Positions 1 to 13,149 of a stretch of 64,000 bases of DNA are shown one piece after another. The notes beneath the pieces were generated by a model. It was not told the origin of the DNA and did not search any database. It saw only the letters and a list, made by a program, of their open reading frames with translations. The position numbers and the translations under genes were made by a program. Source of the DNA: Alloascoidea hylecoeti (taxonomy: Eukaryota); the NCBI GenBank assembly GCA_001600815.1, contig BCKZ01000008.1, positions 682,001-746,000 on the forward strand, given 5' to 3'. Positions within the stretch are counted from its first letter, which is position 1, and each line of letters opens with the position of its first letter.

Positions 1-1037
1 AGATGATGAAGTTCCAACTAGAAATTGTAATTGCATTATCATTAAGGGCTAGATTATTGCAGATACAATTAATATGTTAATTGATGAGGTAATTTGAAGA
101 TTATAAGGATATAGGGGCCCATATTGCAATTGTGCCTTGAAGAATTTATCTGATGCATAAAACTTTATACATTTCCTGTTCAGATCGCAAATTAGTACGA
201 TACATGAGTACAAGATCTTATATCAAAGTCAATATTAATGCCGGCATCACTGTCACTATCACTATTGCTTAAGCTTAAAACTATATTCAATATTTAACTA
301 CCGAGTAATCGATGTTACCATTTTGAATTCCGGGCCGGGCGGTAACAAGATTAATGTCAGCTGCATAATAACACTAACATTCTTATACAATCTCTCTAGA
401 TATATTTTTATAGTGATCTTATGATTATGGCCTAGAGTAAAGTAGTCATAACATCGTATAAGTGAAAGGTAAATTAGTTTAGCCTAGAGTTATTGCAATT
501 ACTAAAGTTGTAGTTATTCCTTTGAATTCATAATTATTAAAGTGTACGTGATAATAGAAAACATGTTTAAACGTTGGTGTTTTATTAAAAAAATCATTAA
601 TTGCAATTGAAATCGCATTATATTATCAATTGAGTTCGATCATAAATGGTAATTTATATGTATTATCTCGAACTCACCATGAAAGTTGTATACAAACTTG
701 AATTCATAGGCAATATCTGAAACTTATAGCTGTACCTTTACCTTTACTACCTTATAAGTAATTAACGATCATGGTTAATTTCAAAAACCGTAATATCTTA
801 TCAGTAGTTACTCTTAAATATGTGCTTTCTCCCTATAGTTTACTTGTCTATAATAATAAATCAGTAAAGTTACATTTTAATATATATAAGTAAAGTTACA
901 AGTTAATATATAAAGTAAAACTTTATAACTTTTTGACAGTATAAGAAAGAGTTCAATACAAGATTGATCATATCATACCGATGCGTTTGTTAATCGACGT
1001 CGTAAAGCACTACCAATTCATTTATTCTAAAAGTACA

Positions 1038-2858
1038 TTACTTTGAAGAATTCAATCTATCTTTCCGATGCTTATTAGTTTCCCATTCCTCCATATCGAC
1101 TAATTCAACATCTTCATCTTCCGGCATATTAGTTAATTTCATTTGAAGTTCTGACCCAGATAACTTTTTGCCAATTTCATAAGTACCACCTTGAATTAAA
1201 TCTTTAGCGACAAGTTCCCTCGTTCTACCCAATGATTCGATAGCAGATACTCTATCGCAAGTTTCATCCAGTAGTTCATTGAACCCAGGCATTGCTGCTA
1301 TTTCGTGGAATGCTCTCATCATGGGTACAGAATCAGCTTTTACTTTGGAATCAGAATTGATTGTAAAGATGTTTAAATCATCGTAAACCTGAATATAATC
1401 AGGACGAGTCATAATTTGTCGCGCTCTCCATAGTGGTAACTCAGGAAGTTTATGATCGAATAGCTTATCATTATTCTTAGAAGCATAAAAGCGAGATAAA
1501 GGTGCATTTGATTTATTATCCATATCAACCAATTCTTTTACCAATAGCATAGCAGAAGTTGAGAATTTCCCACTTTCCATTACATCGTCATCCATATTTG
1601 TACCTAATAGTGCAGCTTTGTTTAATAACCATGTTTTTTCCTTCTCAATAACTCTGTGACAAGCAAGAATTACATCCTCCTGTTTTGAAACCTTTGCTAA
1701 ATGCTGAGGTCTACCACCTATTAAATCGTAAACCTCATTTGCCTGTCTATCAGTTAATCTAAATTTCGGATCATGAAACCAATATCTTCTTGATCTTTGT
1801 AAAACTTGAATTGCCTGTTTTCTACTGAAATCATAGAAATTTACAACTTCTAATCGAGTTGCCATTTTTCTTAGTCTTTCATATAACCAATAGTCATCTG
1901 AATTAAAGATAATAGTCACTAATTTACTACCACTTAAGGATTCGGCCTTCTGTTGTAACAATTCTATTAGATCCTGACCTTCTTCATCATTTCGAATATA
2001 GTGAGCATTGTTTATTATAAGAACCAAAGGTTTCCCAGTTTTCTGAACTTTTTGGGCAGCGACTTCTTCTAATTTATTAAAGGCTCTCTCGATATCCAAT
2101 AACGCAGTTGTATCTCTTGGTCCTCTTATTGAAAATAATGAACCAATATAATCTTCAAAGAAAGAAAAATTTAAAGCTCTACCTAATCTTATTCTAAAAA
2201 TCTCAGGATCAGCATGGGCTTCTAAAATGCAACAGTTATAATTTTTATGTTTCAGCATTCCTCTTTTAATAACTGAAGTTTTTCCAGTTCCCTTTTCACC
2301 AATAAATAAATAATATTGGCCAACGGTTTTACCAGATATAATATCATCAATCAAGTCTTGCTGAGGTCTTGAAATCCAATCCTCTTCAATTTCATCAAAT
2401 TCCTCTTCATTGTCAGCTGTTAATCCATTACCATGCTCAGCTGCCTCAAAAGCGTCACTCATTTTATTAACAACATGTTCTTGGTAATACCTATGGTAAC
2501 CAACACCAGCTATGCCCAAAACAACAACGGAAGCAAACGTAATACCAGCCATTTCGGCCGATTTGAAGAACACCTCTCTCCACTCATGTTTCTCGTTCCT
2601 CTCTTCACTTCCACTTTCCTCTGGGATAGGTAGTAAAGGATTATTAATGTTGTTGAAATATGAACTTGTGGAGAAACAACGACAAGGTACTGTTTCGGAC
2701 TGACGCACGCCAATGAAGTTTGTTTTGTTTTTATAATCATACTTTTTTAAAGAGTTAAAACTTTGCAGGGTCATGAAATTTCGTGGACGTAATAAATATT
2801 CAACCCCTTTGGCCGATCGATTAGTGAGTCTTATCTTCTGTATGTCAACCAATCTCAT
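1038..2858 (-). CDS. Conserved fungal P-loop (AAA-like) ATPase, single TM, probably mitochondrial
   Basis: 606-aa ORF with Walker A GEKGTGKT, Walker-B-like LVLIINN, one hydrophobic segment (ITFASVVVLGIAGVGY) and a basic presequence-like N-terminus. Confidence 0.75.
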   Translation of the reverse strand: MRLVDIQKIRLTNRSAKGVEYLLRPRNFMTLQSFNSLKKYDYKNKTNFIGVRQSETVPCRCFSTSSYFNNINNPLLPIPEESGSEERNEKHEWREVFFKSAEMAGITFASVVVLGIAGVGYHRYYQEHVVNKMSDAFEAAEHGNGLTADNEEEFDEIEEDWISRPQQDLIDDIISGKTVGQYYLFIGEKGTGKTSVIKRGMLKHKNYNCCILEAHADPEIFRIRLGRALNFSFFEDYIGSLFSIRGPRDTTALLDIERAFNKLEEVAAQKVQKTGKPLVLIINNAHYIRNDEEGQDLIELLQQKAESLSGSKLVTIIFNSDDYWLYERLRKMATRLEVVNFYDFSRKQAIQVLQRSRRYWFHDPKFRLTDRQANEVYDLIGGRPQHLAKVSKQEDVILACHRVIEKEKTWLLNKAALLGTNMDDDVMESGKFSTSAMLLVKELVDMDNKSNAPLSRFYASKNNDKLFDHKLPELPLWRARQIMTRPDYIQVYDDLNIFTINSDSKVKADSVPMMRAFHEIAAMPGFNELLDETCDRVSAIESLGRTRELVAKDLIQGGTYEIGKKLSGSELQMKLTNMPEDEDVELVDMEEWETNKHRKDRLNSSK

Positions 2859-4058
2859 TATCCGTGATGGTGAAAAGAAGTGGAGAAATTATGAAAGAGG
2901 TGGGACTACATTTGATGAAATTATGCAATTATATTAGCCCTGTAACAGTCAGCACGGTACAGCCTCACATAGCACTAGCGACGTCGAACCATCATTTCGA
3001 CCATGGTTGAGATTAAAAAAGCTTAAGGTGTAAGGCTTACAGTGAAAAAATCCATTAATTATTCATATGGTATAAAATTAGGAAAGTTCATTAAACAAGT
3101 CAAAAAGATTTATAAGCTTAAGAGTTTCGGTCATACGACGGCCAGTAACGGTGCTTTAAGATAAAATGTACAGTGAGCATCAATTAATTTTTTTCATCAA
3201 TCGATAATTATTCAGTTATAAAGTTAACGTTGCGGATGCATTATGGTGTGCGCATCTGTCTCACCTCTGAACGCTCTGAACAGGACCCTTAAGGCTTCAA
3301 TTTTCTTCTTCTTGTTGCTCCAACCCTAGTCCCCTTTGGATTCAACGGAATATGACAATTGCAAAGTCAGTGATTACCATTTCTTTAAAGAAAATGTTCA
3401 GTTTCTTGTGATAATTAAATAAAACTTATTAAAGTATTCTAAAATTTAAAGCTCATGTTATCCAATTACAAATTTCATTAATACCTAGACGCGTTTAATT
3501 AGGATTCTTAATTAAGTAACCCTTCCAAAACTTCAATTAACTGAAATAAGTTAAGTAATGAAATTATTTTGGTACTTTCATGCGAGCAATAAATATCCAA
3601 TTAGGTGATTTTTATAAAGATAAAAACAGTTTTGGTGATCTCAATTTAAATAAAATTTAGGGAAATTCCAGGTACGATTATATAGCTACAGCGCTGCGTT
3701 TCAACTATTAATCATAGATAATTGAAACTACAATTGCAATTGAGCACATTAATATTTAAAACAATATTATTGTTGAATGCCACATGCATACGGCTATACC
3801 TTATAGTTAGCTATATTGTTAACAGTGGTCTTTGCTGTAAGTTAGTAATAATAGTGACAATATTAGTAACTATAAGTATAACTCCCACTTGAAAACGTAA
3901 GAAAAATATTCAGGTAAATACAGTAGCAATAAATAATAATTATATATATTAACTACAAAATAAATAAAGCTGATTATAAAAAGGACTTCTATAATCACAT
4001 AAAAAAGATAAACACTTAGAATGTCATCACAAGGGCATAGCTATATTAGTGTTTATTT

Positions 4059-5819
4059 TCAACACCAAACATGGTACCATCTTATATAGAATGGTCTACT
4101 TCTTAAATATTCTTTTTCTTCTCTAATTTCTTGTTTCAAAAATTCAATATCAAATTCTCGTCTTCCAAAATCAACATCAATTTCATCAATTGGAATATAA
4201 AATCTCCAATCTTTTGAATAAAGTTTATGTGCAACGAAAAAAATGATAACAACTGGAAAACATAAATATGCTTTAAAAAAATAGGAGGCACTTGATGCAT
4301 GATCAATGGGGTATATAGCTATCCAAAATTGACACATCAATGCCAAAAAATTCATTAATATACCAAAATATGAACCCCATATACCTGTCATAGCAGCAAA
4401 TGGCAATTCATCGGTACTTCTTCCTTGTGCTTGAAGAGTATATCGAAAACGAATATGACATAAACAGATAGAACCCCATGTAAACATACAAGAAATACCA
4501 GTCAGTGAAATTAACCATTGGAATACTTGACTACCATCATCAGCTTTAACAAGGAAACATAGTAAACCAAATGCACCACTGATAGCAATTCCTACTAATG
4601 GTCTACCTCTTCTATCAATATAGGCCAAAATTTGTGGAGCCATTTGTAAATTGGCCATGGCTGCTATAATTCTAGATCCAGCATAAACCGATGAGTTTGC
4701 AACAGAAAGAACAGAGATCAGGATTATAACATTCATAACAGAAGGCAACCCTTTAACACCTGCATTTCTAATTGCTAGAACAAATGGTGAGGATTGTGTA
4801 TGTGATTCAATAACTAATCTTAAATCATTGCTTGGCACTAAACATGTAATAACAAATAATGAAAGCATATAAAAACAAATAATACGCCAAAAAACTTGTT
4901 TTGTGGCCTTAGGAATTGCTTTTCTAGGATTCTCTGATTCTGCTGCTGTCATTCCCAATAGTTCAGAACCATTAAAAGAAAACGTTGCAGTGACCGCAAC
5001 ACTGGCTAACCCTTTTTGAGCATTTTTGAAAGCACCTGGATGATGCCAAAATCCAGCACCAAAATGTTGATGTGTTGGACCACCCCCACATATTATAACG
5101 ATACCAAAGATAATAAAACCAATAATACCAATAAGTTTTATGGTTGAAAGAATAAATTCAGCTTCCCCATAACCTTTAACACCAAAGAAATTTATTGAAA
5201 GAATAACTACCAGAAAAATAGCCACCCAAACTACTGAACTAACATTTGTTTTCCAATAACTCATAACCATTGATGAAGATACCAATTCTAAAGGTAGGAC
5301 AACTAGCCACTGCATGATATAATTCCAACCCATCGCAAACCCCCAGGATTTGTCAATAAATCTTGACATGTATGTAAATGAGGCACCAGGGACGGGGAAT
5401 ATTGTTGCTAATTCACCTAACGCTTGAACAGTACAGAACACCATCATACCAACTAAACCCCATGCAATCATGACTGATCCGGGACCACCTTGTGCTAAGG
5501 CACCACCAGATCCAATGAATAAACCGGTTCCTACAGCAGATCCAATTGCAATCATTTGAATATGTCTACTTTTAAGTTGTTTAGATAGAGGTGATGTTGA
5601 AGTAGCGACAATGGCCTTCTCAGCATCTGTCAAACGAGGATCAATTTCGTCCATTTCAAATTTTTTAAATGAATCTATAAAATTTCCCCATTTTGATGTT
5701 GGTACTTCTTCACCACCACTCTCATCATAGTATAAATCTCCATATGGCTCATAGGCTTCATAATCGGTTTCCGAAACGGTATCCACAGAAGTTACTTTCG
5801 AATTACTCTTAAAGAGCAT
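4059..5819 (-). CDS. Amino acid permease (YAT/APC family, GAP1-like)
   Basis: LKSRHIQMIAIGSAVGTGLFIGSG signature, about 12 TM segments, C-terminal WC as in Gap1-type permeases. Confidence 0.92.
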   Translation of the reverse strand: MLFKSNSKVTSVDTVSETDYEAYEPYGDLYYDESGGEEVPTSKWGNFIDSFKKFEMDEIDPRLTDAEKAIVATSTSPLSKQLKSRHIQMIAIGSAVGTGLFIGSGGALAQGGPGSVMIAWGLVGMMVFCTVQALGELATIFPVPGASFTYMSRFIDKSWGFAMGWNYIMQWLVVLPLELVSSSMVMSYWKTNVSSVVWVAIFLVVILSINFFGVKGYGEAEFILSTIKLIGIIGFIIFGIVIICGGGPTHQHFGAGFWHHPGAFKNAQKGLASVAVTATFSFNGSELLGMTAAESENPRKAIPKATKQVFWRIICFYMLSLFVITCLVPSNDLRLVIESHTQSSPFVLAIRNAGVKGLPSVMNVIILISVLSVANSSVYAGSRIIAAMANLQMAPQILAYIDRRGRPLVGIAISGAFGLLCFLVKADDGSQVFQWLISLTGISCMFTWGSICLCHIRFRYTLQAQGRSTDELPFAAMTGIWGSYFGILMNFLALMCQFWIAIYPIDHASSASYFFKAYLCFPVVIIFFVAHKLYSKDWRFYIPIDEIDVDFGRREFDIEFLKQEIREEKEYLRSRPFYIRWYHVWC

Positions 5820-6399
5820 GATGAATAGACGATTCTAGATAGGAAAACTCACAAAAAGACAAAAAAAACTTATTTTTATCAAAAAAATCGAACTAGAGAT
5901 AGCAGATATCACCTTTGTTTTATATAATTAATTAATCAAATATAAAATACACATTAATATTCTACAACATATATATATAGAAACCACAAAAAGTTCTTTT
6001 TTTCCAACTATAATCTTATGTCTGGATGTCTGTGTGTGTCTGGCATTAACATTCCCTCAAAACGATCGATTTTTAATCTCAATTTTTCTTTCTTTTAACC
6101 GCTGCAGTAAAATCATAAGGTTTACGATATATGCATGTGTCGATTTAAAGTTGAAGTTTAAATGCGTATATGCATATGACGCGTTATTGGATTGCAAAAT
6201 TATAGCTTAATAATTTTTAATTCGAAAAGAGAATACTAATGAGATAGTATAAAAACCTCGCAAACAACTGAAAATAACTGCAAATAAAATATAATCATTT
6301 AAATACTGAAAGTACAAAAATAATTGAATTATGCTGTATCTAAGATATCTTGTATTGTACCATACAGGCAATATTTTTTATGAAGATTTGTATGTGGTT

Positions 6400-7684
6400 T
6401 GACTCGATCTTCATATTCTTGCGTTAAGATTGACGCGGATAAAGTTTGTTCACAATTATAATCAGGCACGGTTGTGATTTCCTGATGAAGAAATGTAATT
6501 TGATCAAATATAGTTAATTTGTTTTTGAAATAGGAAAAAGTAGGTAGACGTAACTTTGCAATATTAAAAACTAAGTACTTGACTTTGTTACTACCAAAAT
6601 TATTGATTATATGATTATTCCAATATACTACTGCGTATAGACCGTAGCGAACACAAAACAAATATACATAAAATAAATAGTCAATGAACTCGAAACAATT
6701 GGACTAACCGTACAATACAATAATCAATTTTGTAGATGGCACGTATGAGTTAAAGAGAGCGCTCGAGTAGAAGTCTCAGGGCCACTTTAGTAACGTCGGT
6801 CCGCTGCTTAGCCCGTCCTTAACGCCATAGACGGCTGCTACCCCCCTATGACGCATGGAGTCAATCAGATAATCAAATATATAGGCCCATAGGTTCACCG
6901 ACCCCTAATTCAGGCCTAAATAATCAAGCTTATATAAATATATTGTTGGATATTAGCACTCTTGGGCAGTCAACAAGAGGTCGTGCGACTTTTTGGCATA
7001 ACTGGTTCCAAGAGGTACTTTAATATATAAGATACAGTCAGAAGTTAAGTATAAACTACGATTCAAAGCTTAGATAACGTATTAATCTGAAACACCCTTC
7101 AATTGATGATAACTATAAATTTAAAAGGGTTTGCCAAAATTAACTATTCAACTGTTAGTGCGTGCGGCGTATAGATAGTGGGAGCTTGATAAGGAGAATC
7201 GGGATACCAAAATATTTAGAAATCAATTGAAATCGAAAATAAAATAACAATTACAATGGAGAGATTAAAATACAAATTGTAAGCGCTGATATACAATCGC
7301 GATTAGTGGATTTGAGCACTGGGCCGTAACTAAAAGAGATCACAAAACAAAGGGCATTTACAAAATAAAATTTAATCATGATTTGATTTATTCAGAGTTC
7401 ACGGTGTCTACCATTAGTAAACTGACTCTAATATATTTACAGAGTCAATTATATGTCTTTAAGTAAACGAAATGTTTCGGTACAGATGGCGGAAATAACC
7501 GTAAATGCGCTGTAGTCTATATCAAGAAATTTACAAACGTCACAATTGATCCTCTAGAAACATATAAAGCCGCGAAATTATTGACTCACAATTCTGATAA
7601 AAATAAAAAGGAATTAGTTGCAACCTCCAGAAATTCCAAAATTAATAAAAACATGAGATAAGATTACACAAATCTAGATGACTC
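6400..7684. promoter_or_regulatory. Cluster of TGACTC (Gcn4-type) and GATAAG (GATA) motifs in the divergent permease/CCDC90 intergenic region
   Basis: TGACTC/GAGTCA at 6400, 6858, 7423, 7442, 7582 (TGACTCA) and 7679; GATAAG near 7188 and 7657. Confidence 0.5.
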
Positions 7685-8096
7685 CCTTGATTTTCTTAAT
7701 TATACATGTATAGTTATATGTATCATTATTCGAAAGCTCATTAATAACGGTAACTCAATACTATCCGAATAGCGGCTAAAGTGCATTATATAATTATAGT
7801 TTGAAGGATTGTTCATTCTAAATTCACTATTTATATTCGGCTGGTATATTAGAATCAAGGTTAGGATATCCCAGAATATATAATAATTATTTGGAGACAG
7901 GTTTTCCTTTAAATCTGTAATTATAGGCAGCCTGGGTATGGTAATATCAATCGTATATTACCACAATTTGTGGCGAAGGTGGTTCGGTGTGTCACACGTG
8001 CATTCCTTAATCTCGTCTCTCACTTAAAACTATTCCATATAATAGATGAACTTGTTTAGTACCCAGGTTTAATACATACTTTTATTCTTATAATAG

Positions 8097-9299
8097 ATGA
8101 CATTGGGTGGCATAGTTGCGCGTTTGAGGCGGTTCACGTTGAATCCAACTGGTGTCGCTATGTGGACAAGAAAAGGTTATTCAACCAAAAAAATCTATTT
8201 GACTCGACATCTTTCAACCATAAATTATAAGAGTAATAACTATGAATATCGATTATATTCTAAAGGATTGGGACTTGGTGATTGCCAAGATCAATTCATT
8301 ATATACAAAGATAACTATAAAGATATGATACCTAGGAATTTCTCTCGGAATTCATCTACATTTACTGGTACTTCCAAAGGCTCTATATTATCAAATCATA
8401 TCATGATCAATAGAAATTTTGGAATAAGCTCAGGTTTAAATTATTCAACTGTTAATGAAGATAATGCTTCAATTATTCCCGATAATATAATTAGTGGAAA
8501 TGAATCTCAACTTGGGAATGCAACAGCAAATTCGGATTCCAAAAATGAATCAAATGACAATGGAAATGGAAATGGAAATGGAAACTCAATGAATGATGAT
8601 AATGAAATTATAAAAACTTTAGTTATTGACAAATTAAATTATTTTGATACATATGATGTTTATTCAAATCTACTAAAGTCGGGCTTTACAGCAAAACAAT
8701 CAGATTTAATAATTGAAATATTACAAAAGAATTTATCATTTGTATTAAGGAATTGTAATGACATAAATGTCCATAAAACAACATGGGAAAACGAAGCATA
8801 TTTGGTTCAAGCCGCAGAATCGGAATTAAGATCAGAAATTCAATTACAAAGACAGGTCCAGGAGGCTTCCATGAGAACTGATTTAGCATTATTAGAGCGA
8901 GAGTATCAATTGTTGCATAACGAAGTTGAAGATTCACTTGATAGATTAAAGAAAGAAACTGAAATGGACGTGAATGATCAGCAATCATCTACAAAACTAG
9001 AGCAAAAAGCAATGAATATTAGAATTCAAGAAGTTAACAATAAAATTACTAATAAAATCAATAGTGGTATAAGAACTGACATTGAAGCTTTAAGATGGCA
9101 TTCTACAAGTAGAGGATTTCTCTCTATTGTTATCGCTGTTGCTTCTATGGTTCTTGTTGTTTCATGGGATTCTAAAGCCAGTAAAAAGCAACCACCTCCG
9201 TCACCACCATCACTGCCCCCATCATTACCAGTTCGAGATATTTCATTAGGTAGGATTGATGTTTCATCAACAGCGATGCTAGAAGAGAAGCTCAATTAG
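8097..9299 (+). CDS. Mitochondrial DUF1640/CCDC90 coiled-coil protein (Put6/Put7, MCUR1-like)
   Basis: FDTYDVYSNLLKSGFTAKQSDLII head motif, long coiled coil, RTDIEALRW then a C-terminal TM helix. Confidence 0.85.
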   Translation: MTLGGIVARLRRFTLNPTGVAMWTRKGYSTKKIYLTRHLSTINYKSNNYEYRLYSKGLGLGDCQDQFIIYKDNYKDMIPRNFSRNSSTFTGTSKGSILSNHIMINRNFGISSGLNYSTVNEDNASIIPDNIISGNESQLGNATANSDSKNESNDNGNGNGNGNSMNDDNEIIKTLVIDKLNYFDTYDVYSNLLKSGFTAKQSDLIIEILQKNLSFVLRNCNDINVHKTTWENEAYLVQAAESELRSEIQLQRQVQEASMRTDLALLEREYQLLHNEVEDSLDRLKKETEMDVNDQQSSTKLEQKAMNIRIQEVNNKITNKINSGIRTDIEALRWHSTSRGFLSIVIAVASMVLVVSWDSKASKKQPPPSPPSLPPSLPVRDISLGRIDVSSTAMLEEKLN

Positions 9300-10289
9300 T
9301 ATCGAACTAAAAGAAGAAGAAACAATTGTGGACAATAGACGGGACTTTTGTAGTTGAATCAGTCGATTTAGACTCATCTGTTGCACTGGTGAGCATTTGC
9401 TTTTAATTATGCTTATTGTATATGCATATCATAATTTTTCCATAGTGTTATTTCTAGGAGTAATGAAAGATTTGGGTATTAACTAATTATAAGAATATGT
9501 ATAGGCTTATATCAGCTTTATGAAATAATTATAGATTAAAATATTTGTAACGTTAAATTTTGTTTCTTTCTTTTAAATTTTATATTTATCATGGCCAATT
9601 AGAAGTAGCAATATGCTTATAAAGAAAACCGTAATAATTGGAACTCTCCTCATCATTGGAGTCGTTTAAGCTCTAGATCTAATTGCAAGCTACCATGGCA
9701 ATTACGTCGGTTCGCGATTTGATAATTTTTGTCTTGGAATATATAGTTACCTGTACTGTATAGATAAATAGTATTTATCTGTAGAACAGAATAACTCTCA
9801 ATCGAATTACATTTTTATTAAACCATAGCTATCCAAATCTTAATACTTTCAGTTTCACAGACACGACTTTGGAAACTACCAAGTTGATATCACCTAACCA
9901 TTTAAGAGAATAATAAAATAGAGATTCATTTTTATCTTATTTACAGTTCACTAAACACAATGGTTAATGTTTAGGATACAAATTCTGATGATTTACTAAC
10001 AACATCTAATTAAGATTGATGAAACTTACAGTATATTCTCCAGAATTTCTTCAGTATTGGTTGGAACTATATCCGGATAGTTAAGAGTTTAAGTCATGAA
10101 TTAAAGAGAATGGACAACCAATTTTCCCCTCTTTAACAGTAATTTACTTGGAAGCTGTTGATTCTTTATCTTTAAGTTTTCCATCCACTCTTCTCCTCAT
10201 AATTATCCTTTATTATTACCCCTATATGTTCTAGATCTTTAACAGTAGTTTTAAAATTTAAATGTATACAAATAAAATTTAACAGCGAT

Positions 10290-11249
10290 TTAATAAATTC
10301 CATCTTTAGCTAGATCTGAATCACTATCTTGTGATTTGTTGTTCTTTAAAAATGATTGAGGATCATTTAGAAAATCCCACAGATCACTAAAACCTTGCTT
10401 TGCATATTCTTCCGTTTCCATATACAGACAATGATGTGCATCTGGATATTCTAGCATTAGGACATTTTTAAATCCGTGCTTCACGAATTTCCTTGAAGCT
10501 TCAATACTGCAAACGATATCGCCAGTACCTTGCTGAATAAGAACTGGTACAGTTGGCTCCAAGTCTTTTGCGTAGCTGTAATCTAACAATTTAAGTCCAC
10601 GTCTTAACATATGATATAAAAACTTTGGAGTAGTAAGCATACAAGATAGTTCATCATCATAAATGCCCTGAGCCCGTACTTTATCATGAGTAGACACAAG
10701 CCTAGGATCAATTCCAGATCCTATTTGAACATTAGGAATAATCTTAGACAAAATTGGCAAAATTGAAGAGAGAAACCGATTTGGACCACAGAATGGGTGA
10801 AACTTAATTTCTGGAGAACAAGCTACTATACCAGCCAATTCCTTTCTATGTTTTCCTCTAATTCCATAATTTAGGGCAATACTTCCACCCATTGAGTGTC
10901 CAATGATAATTAGCTTCCCAGTATAGTCTTTTTTTGCTTGTACATATTCAACAAAAAATTCTAAATCGTCATATACATAATAATCATTTGTTACTGCTCT
11001 CTCTTTTCCATGTGCTGTTTCCCCAAAACCCCTCTCATCAAAAGCGAAAAAGTTTACTCCTTTTGAACTGAAATCCTCTGCCCATATATCTGCATTTCCT
11101 ACATGATCTGAGAATCCATGCATATACAACACATCCAATATTGGAGTGATTCCTTCCGGAGGAGACCAAGTTCTAGTGAAAAAAGAAGCCCCGTTATGCT
11201 GAATGAATTCGTCTCTAGGTTTTATAGGTGTTATTTGCTCTCCAAACAT
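10290..11249 (-). CDS. Alpha/beta hydrolase, monoglyceride lipase/lysophospholipase (Yju3-like)
   Basis: HGFSDH, FDERGFG, GHSMGG nucleophile elbow, GTGD and YPDAHH catalytic Asp/His. Likely start is ATG 11249; the ORF extends to 11366. Confidence 0.85.
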   Translation of the reverse strand: MFGEQITPIKPRDEFIQHNGASFFTRTWSPPEGITPILDVLYMHGFSDHVGNADIWAEDFSSKGVNFFAFDERGFGETAHGKERAVTNDYYVYDDLEFFVEYVQAKKDYTGKLIIIGHSMGGSIALNYGIRGKHRKELAGIVACSPEIKFHPFCGPNRFLSSILPILSKIIPNVQIGSGIDPRLVSTHDKVRAQGIYDDELSCMLTTPKFLYHMLRRGLKLLDYSYAKDLEPTVPVLIQQGTGDIVCSIEASRKFVKHGFKNVLMLEYPDAHHCLYMETEEYAKQGFSDLWDFLNDPQSFLKNNKSQDSDSDLAKDGIY

Positions 11250-13149
11250 TGTTATTGTTATAGTAAACTGTAATAATGAAGATCCTGTTGTAGCTGAATT
11301 CGTTTGAATTCCTGTAAAGACAATTTTATGAGTACCTCTCTTAGATTTCAAGCATTCATCTATCATTTATATACAATTTCTAAAACATTGAGAAACATTA
11401 TTTAATTTTCGATTTCTTACCGAAAAAGCCTCAGACAAATAAATACACCAATAGTAATAATCGTATGGCCAAGGTATAGTTGATTACAGATTTATAGGCT
11501 ATACCAGGTTAATTCTAGCTCAAAAGTAGTAATTAAAATCTTGATGAGTATTATGATCTAAATCATTATAAGCTTAAACTCCACCTGCATTATAATTATG
11601 GACGATAATAATCAGAATATGTATTAAACATCGGTAACGAAACAGATAGTTTTATGAACTATGTATAATATACCATGGCCAATTATGACATGAATCCCCA
11701 TTTGTACGTACACAGACTCTTTTAAGCTTAATTAACAATTTTATCTCTACTATCCTTATCATATAACGTAATTCTCGCCTGAGGGGCTTAATAGTTCAGT
11801 GACTATATAACATATATACAGTGAGTCTACTTGCAATTGATTGAATAATATTAATATAAATGTATATCATACACATATGTGTGGTAGATAATATTATGCT
11901 TTACAAGTAAACTGGTTATAGTACCAGTGCGCTTGTAAATATAACATAGCTAAAGGTTAACTGACTTTTTAATCAGCATTGTTATATCGTAATTAAAACT
12001 AGAATTACAGCTATCTATACCGGTATATAGTAATATTGTAATTGCTTAAGCTTGTGTAACAGATACATACATAATAATATAACTAATTATACAATATATG
12101 TAATATTATAAGAATGTCTTTAAATATAACGTTAACATTCATTAATATTAATATTATATTAAACTTTATTTTTTTGTATTCAAATACATTATAATGCAAA
12201 TTCAAATATGTAACATCAGTCTTATAATTATAAATATAACCTACTGTATATTATATGTTTAATATGATATCGATATGTTATAATTATAAGGACCTTATAT
12301 ATTGATCATACATATATATGGATCATATTTAGACCTACGTACAAAAGCTTTTACATCCTGTTGCAAGTATAAGGTTATAATTATATATATATACCTATAT
12401 AATAAGTTATTAATACATGTAACTACATGTCTAAATCTATAATAATTTTTTTTCCTCATTAATATCAGCAAATTCGATTGATATAAGCCTATTTATAGCT
12501 ATAATCTTATATAAACTAGATATTTGTGTTCGCTACAACAGATAGAACATGCATATATGAGCAGTTTAACCGTTATTTTAATGATCGTGATAATTCGCTT
12601 GATTATCTGTTATTAACGGTATAAATAATTGGTTTAAATGTCAGCGCCTCTAGTTAATCGATCTGCCAATATAAATAATCGTAACAGATCCGGATCACGG
12701 ATTGAAATTCTTTGAATAATTGATATTATATAAGATTATACTGAAGCTTTCTAATGTATTGGGTCGTATTTTTTATTTAATAATGTAGCGCCTTACGTTC
12801 AAAGCGAAATTCAAGGGAAAACTGTCATGATATCAGTTTAAACTGTGTTATATTATAAAATTTATATATTATTATAGTTCACTTAGCTTCACTGTATACA
12901 TTTAGTGAGATTACCATTAATGAAGAGGAACCATCAATTGCTATAATAGTTATAAAAAAATACCGCTGCGATAGATAAATAGCACACTCTGAGGGCAATC
13001 AAATGGCATGCAAGGATACACCTTTATCATGTGACAATTTATTTTTTCAATTATTGTTGTTCTAGTTGCTTCTACGGATGTAAGGGTGTTTTTAAAAAGA
13101 GATCAATCCCTCTCTTCCTTTTACGAATCCAACAAATTCAATAAGAAAA

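Noticed and set aside
6329..6661. 110-aa ORF upstream of the permease
   Set aside because: Non-ATG start, no motifs, lies in promoter DNA
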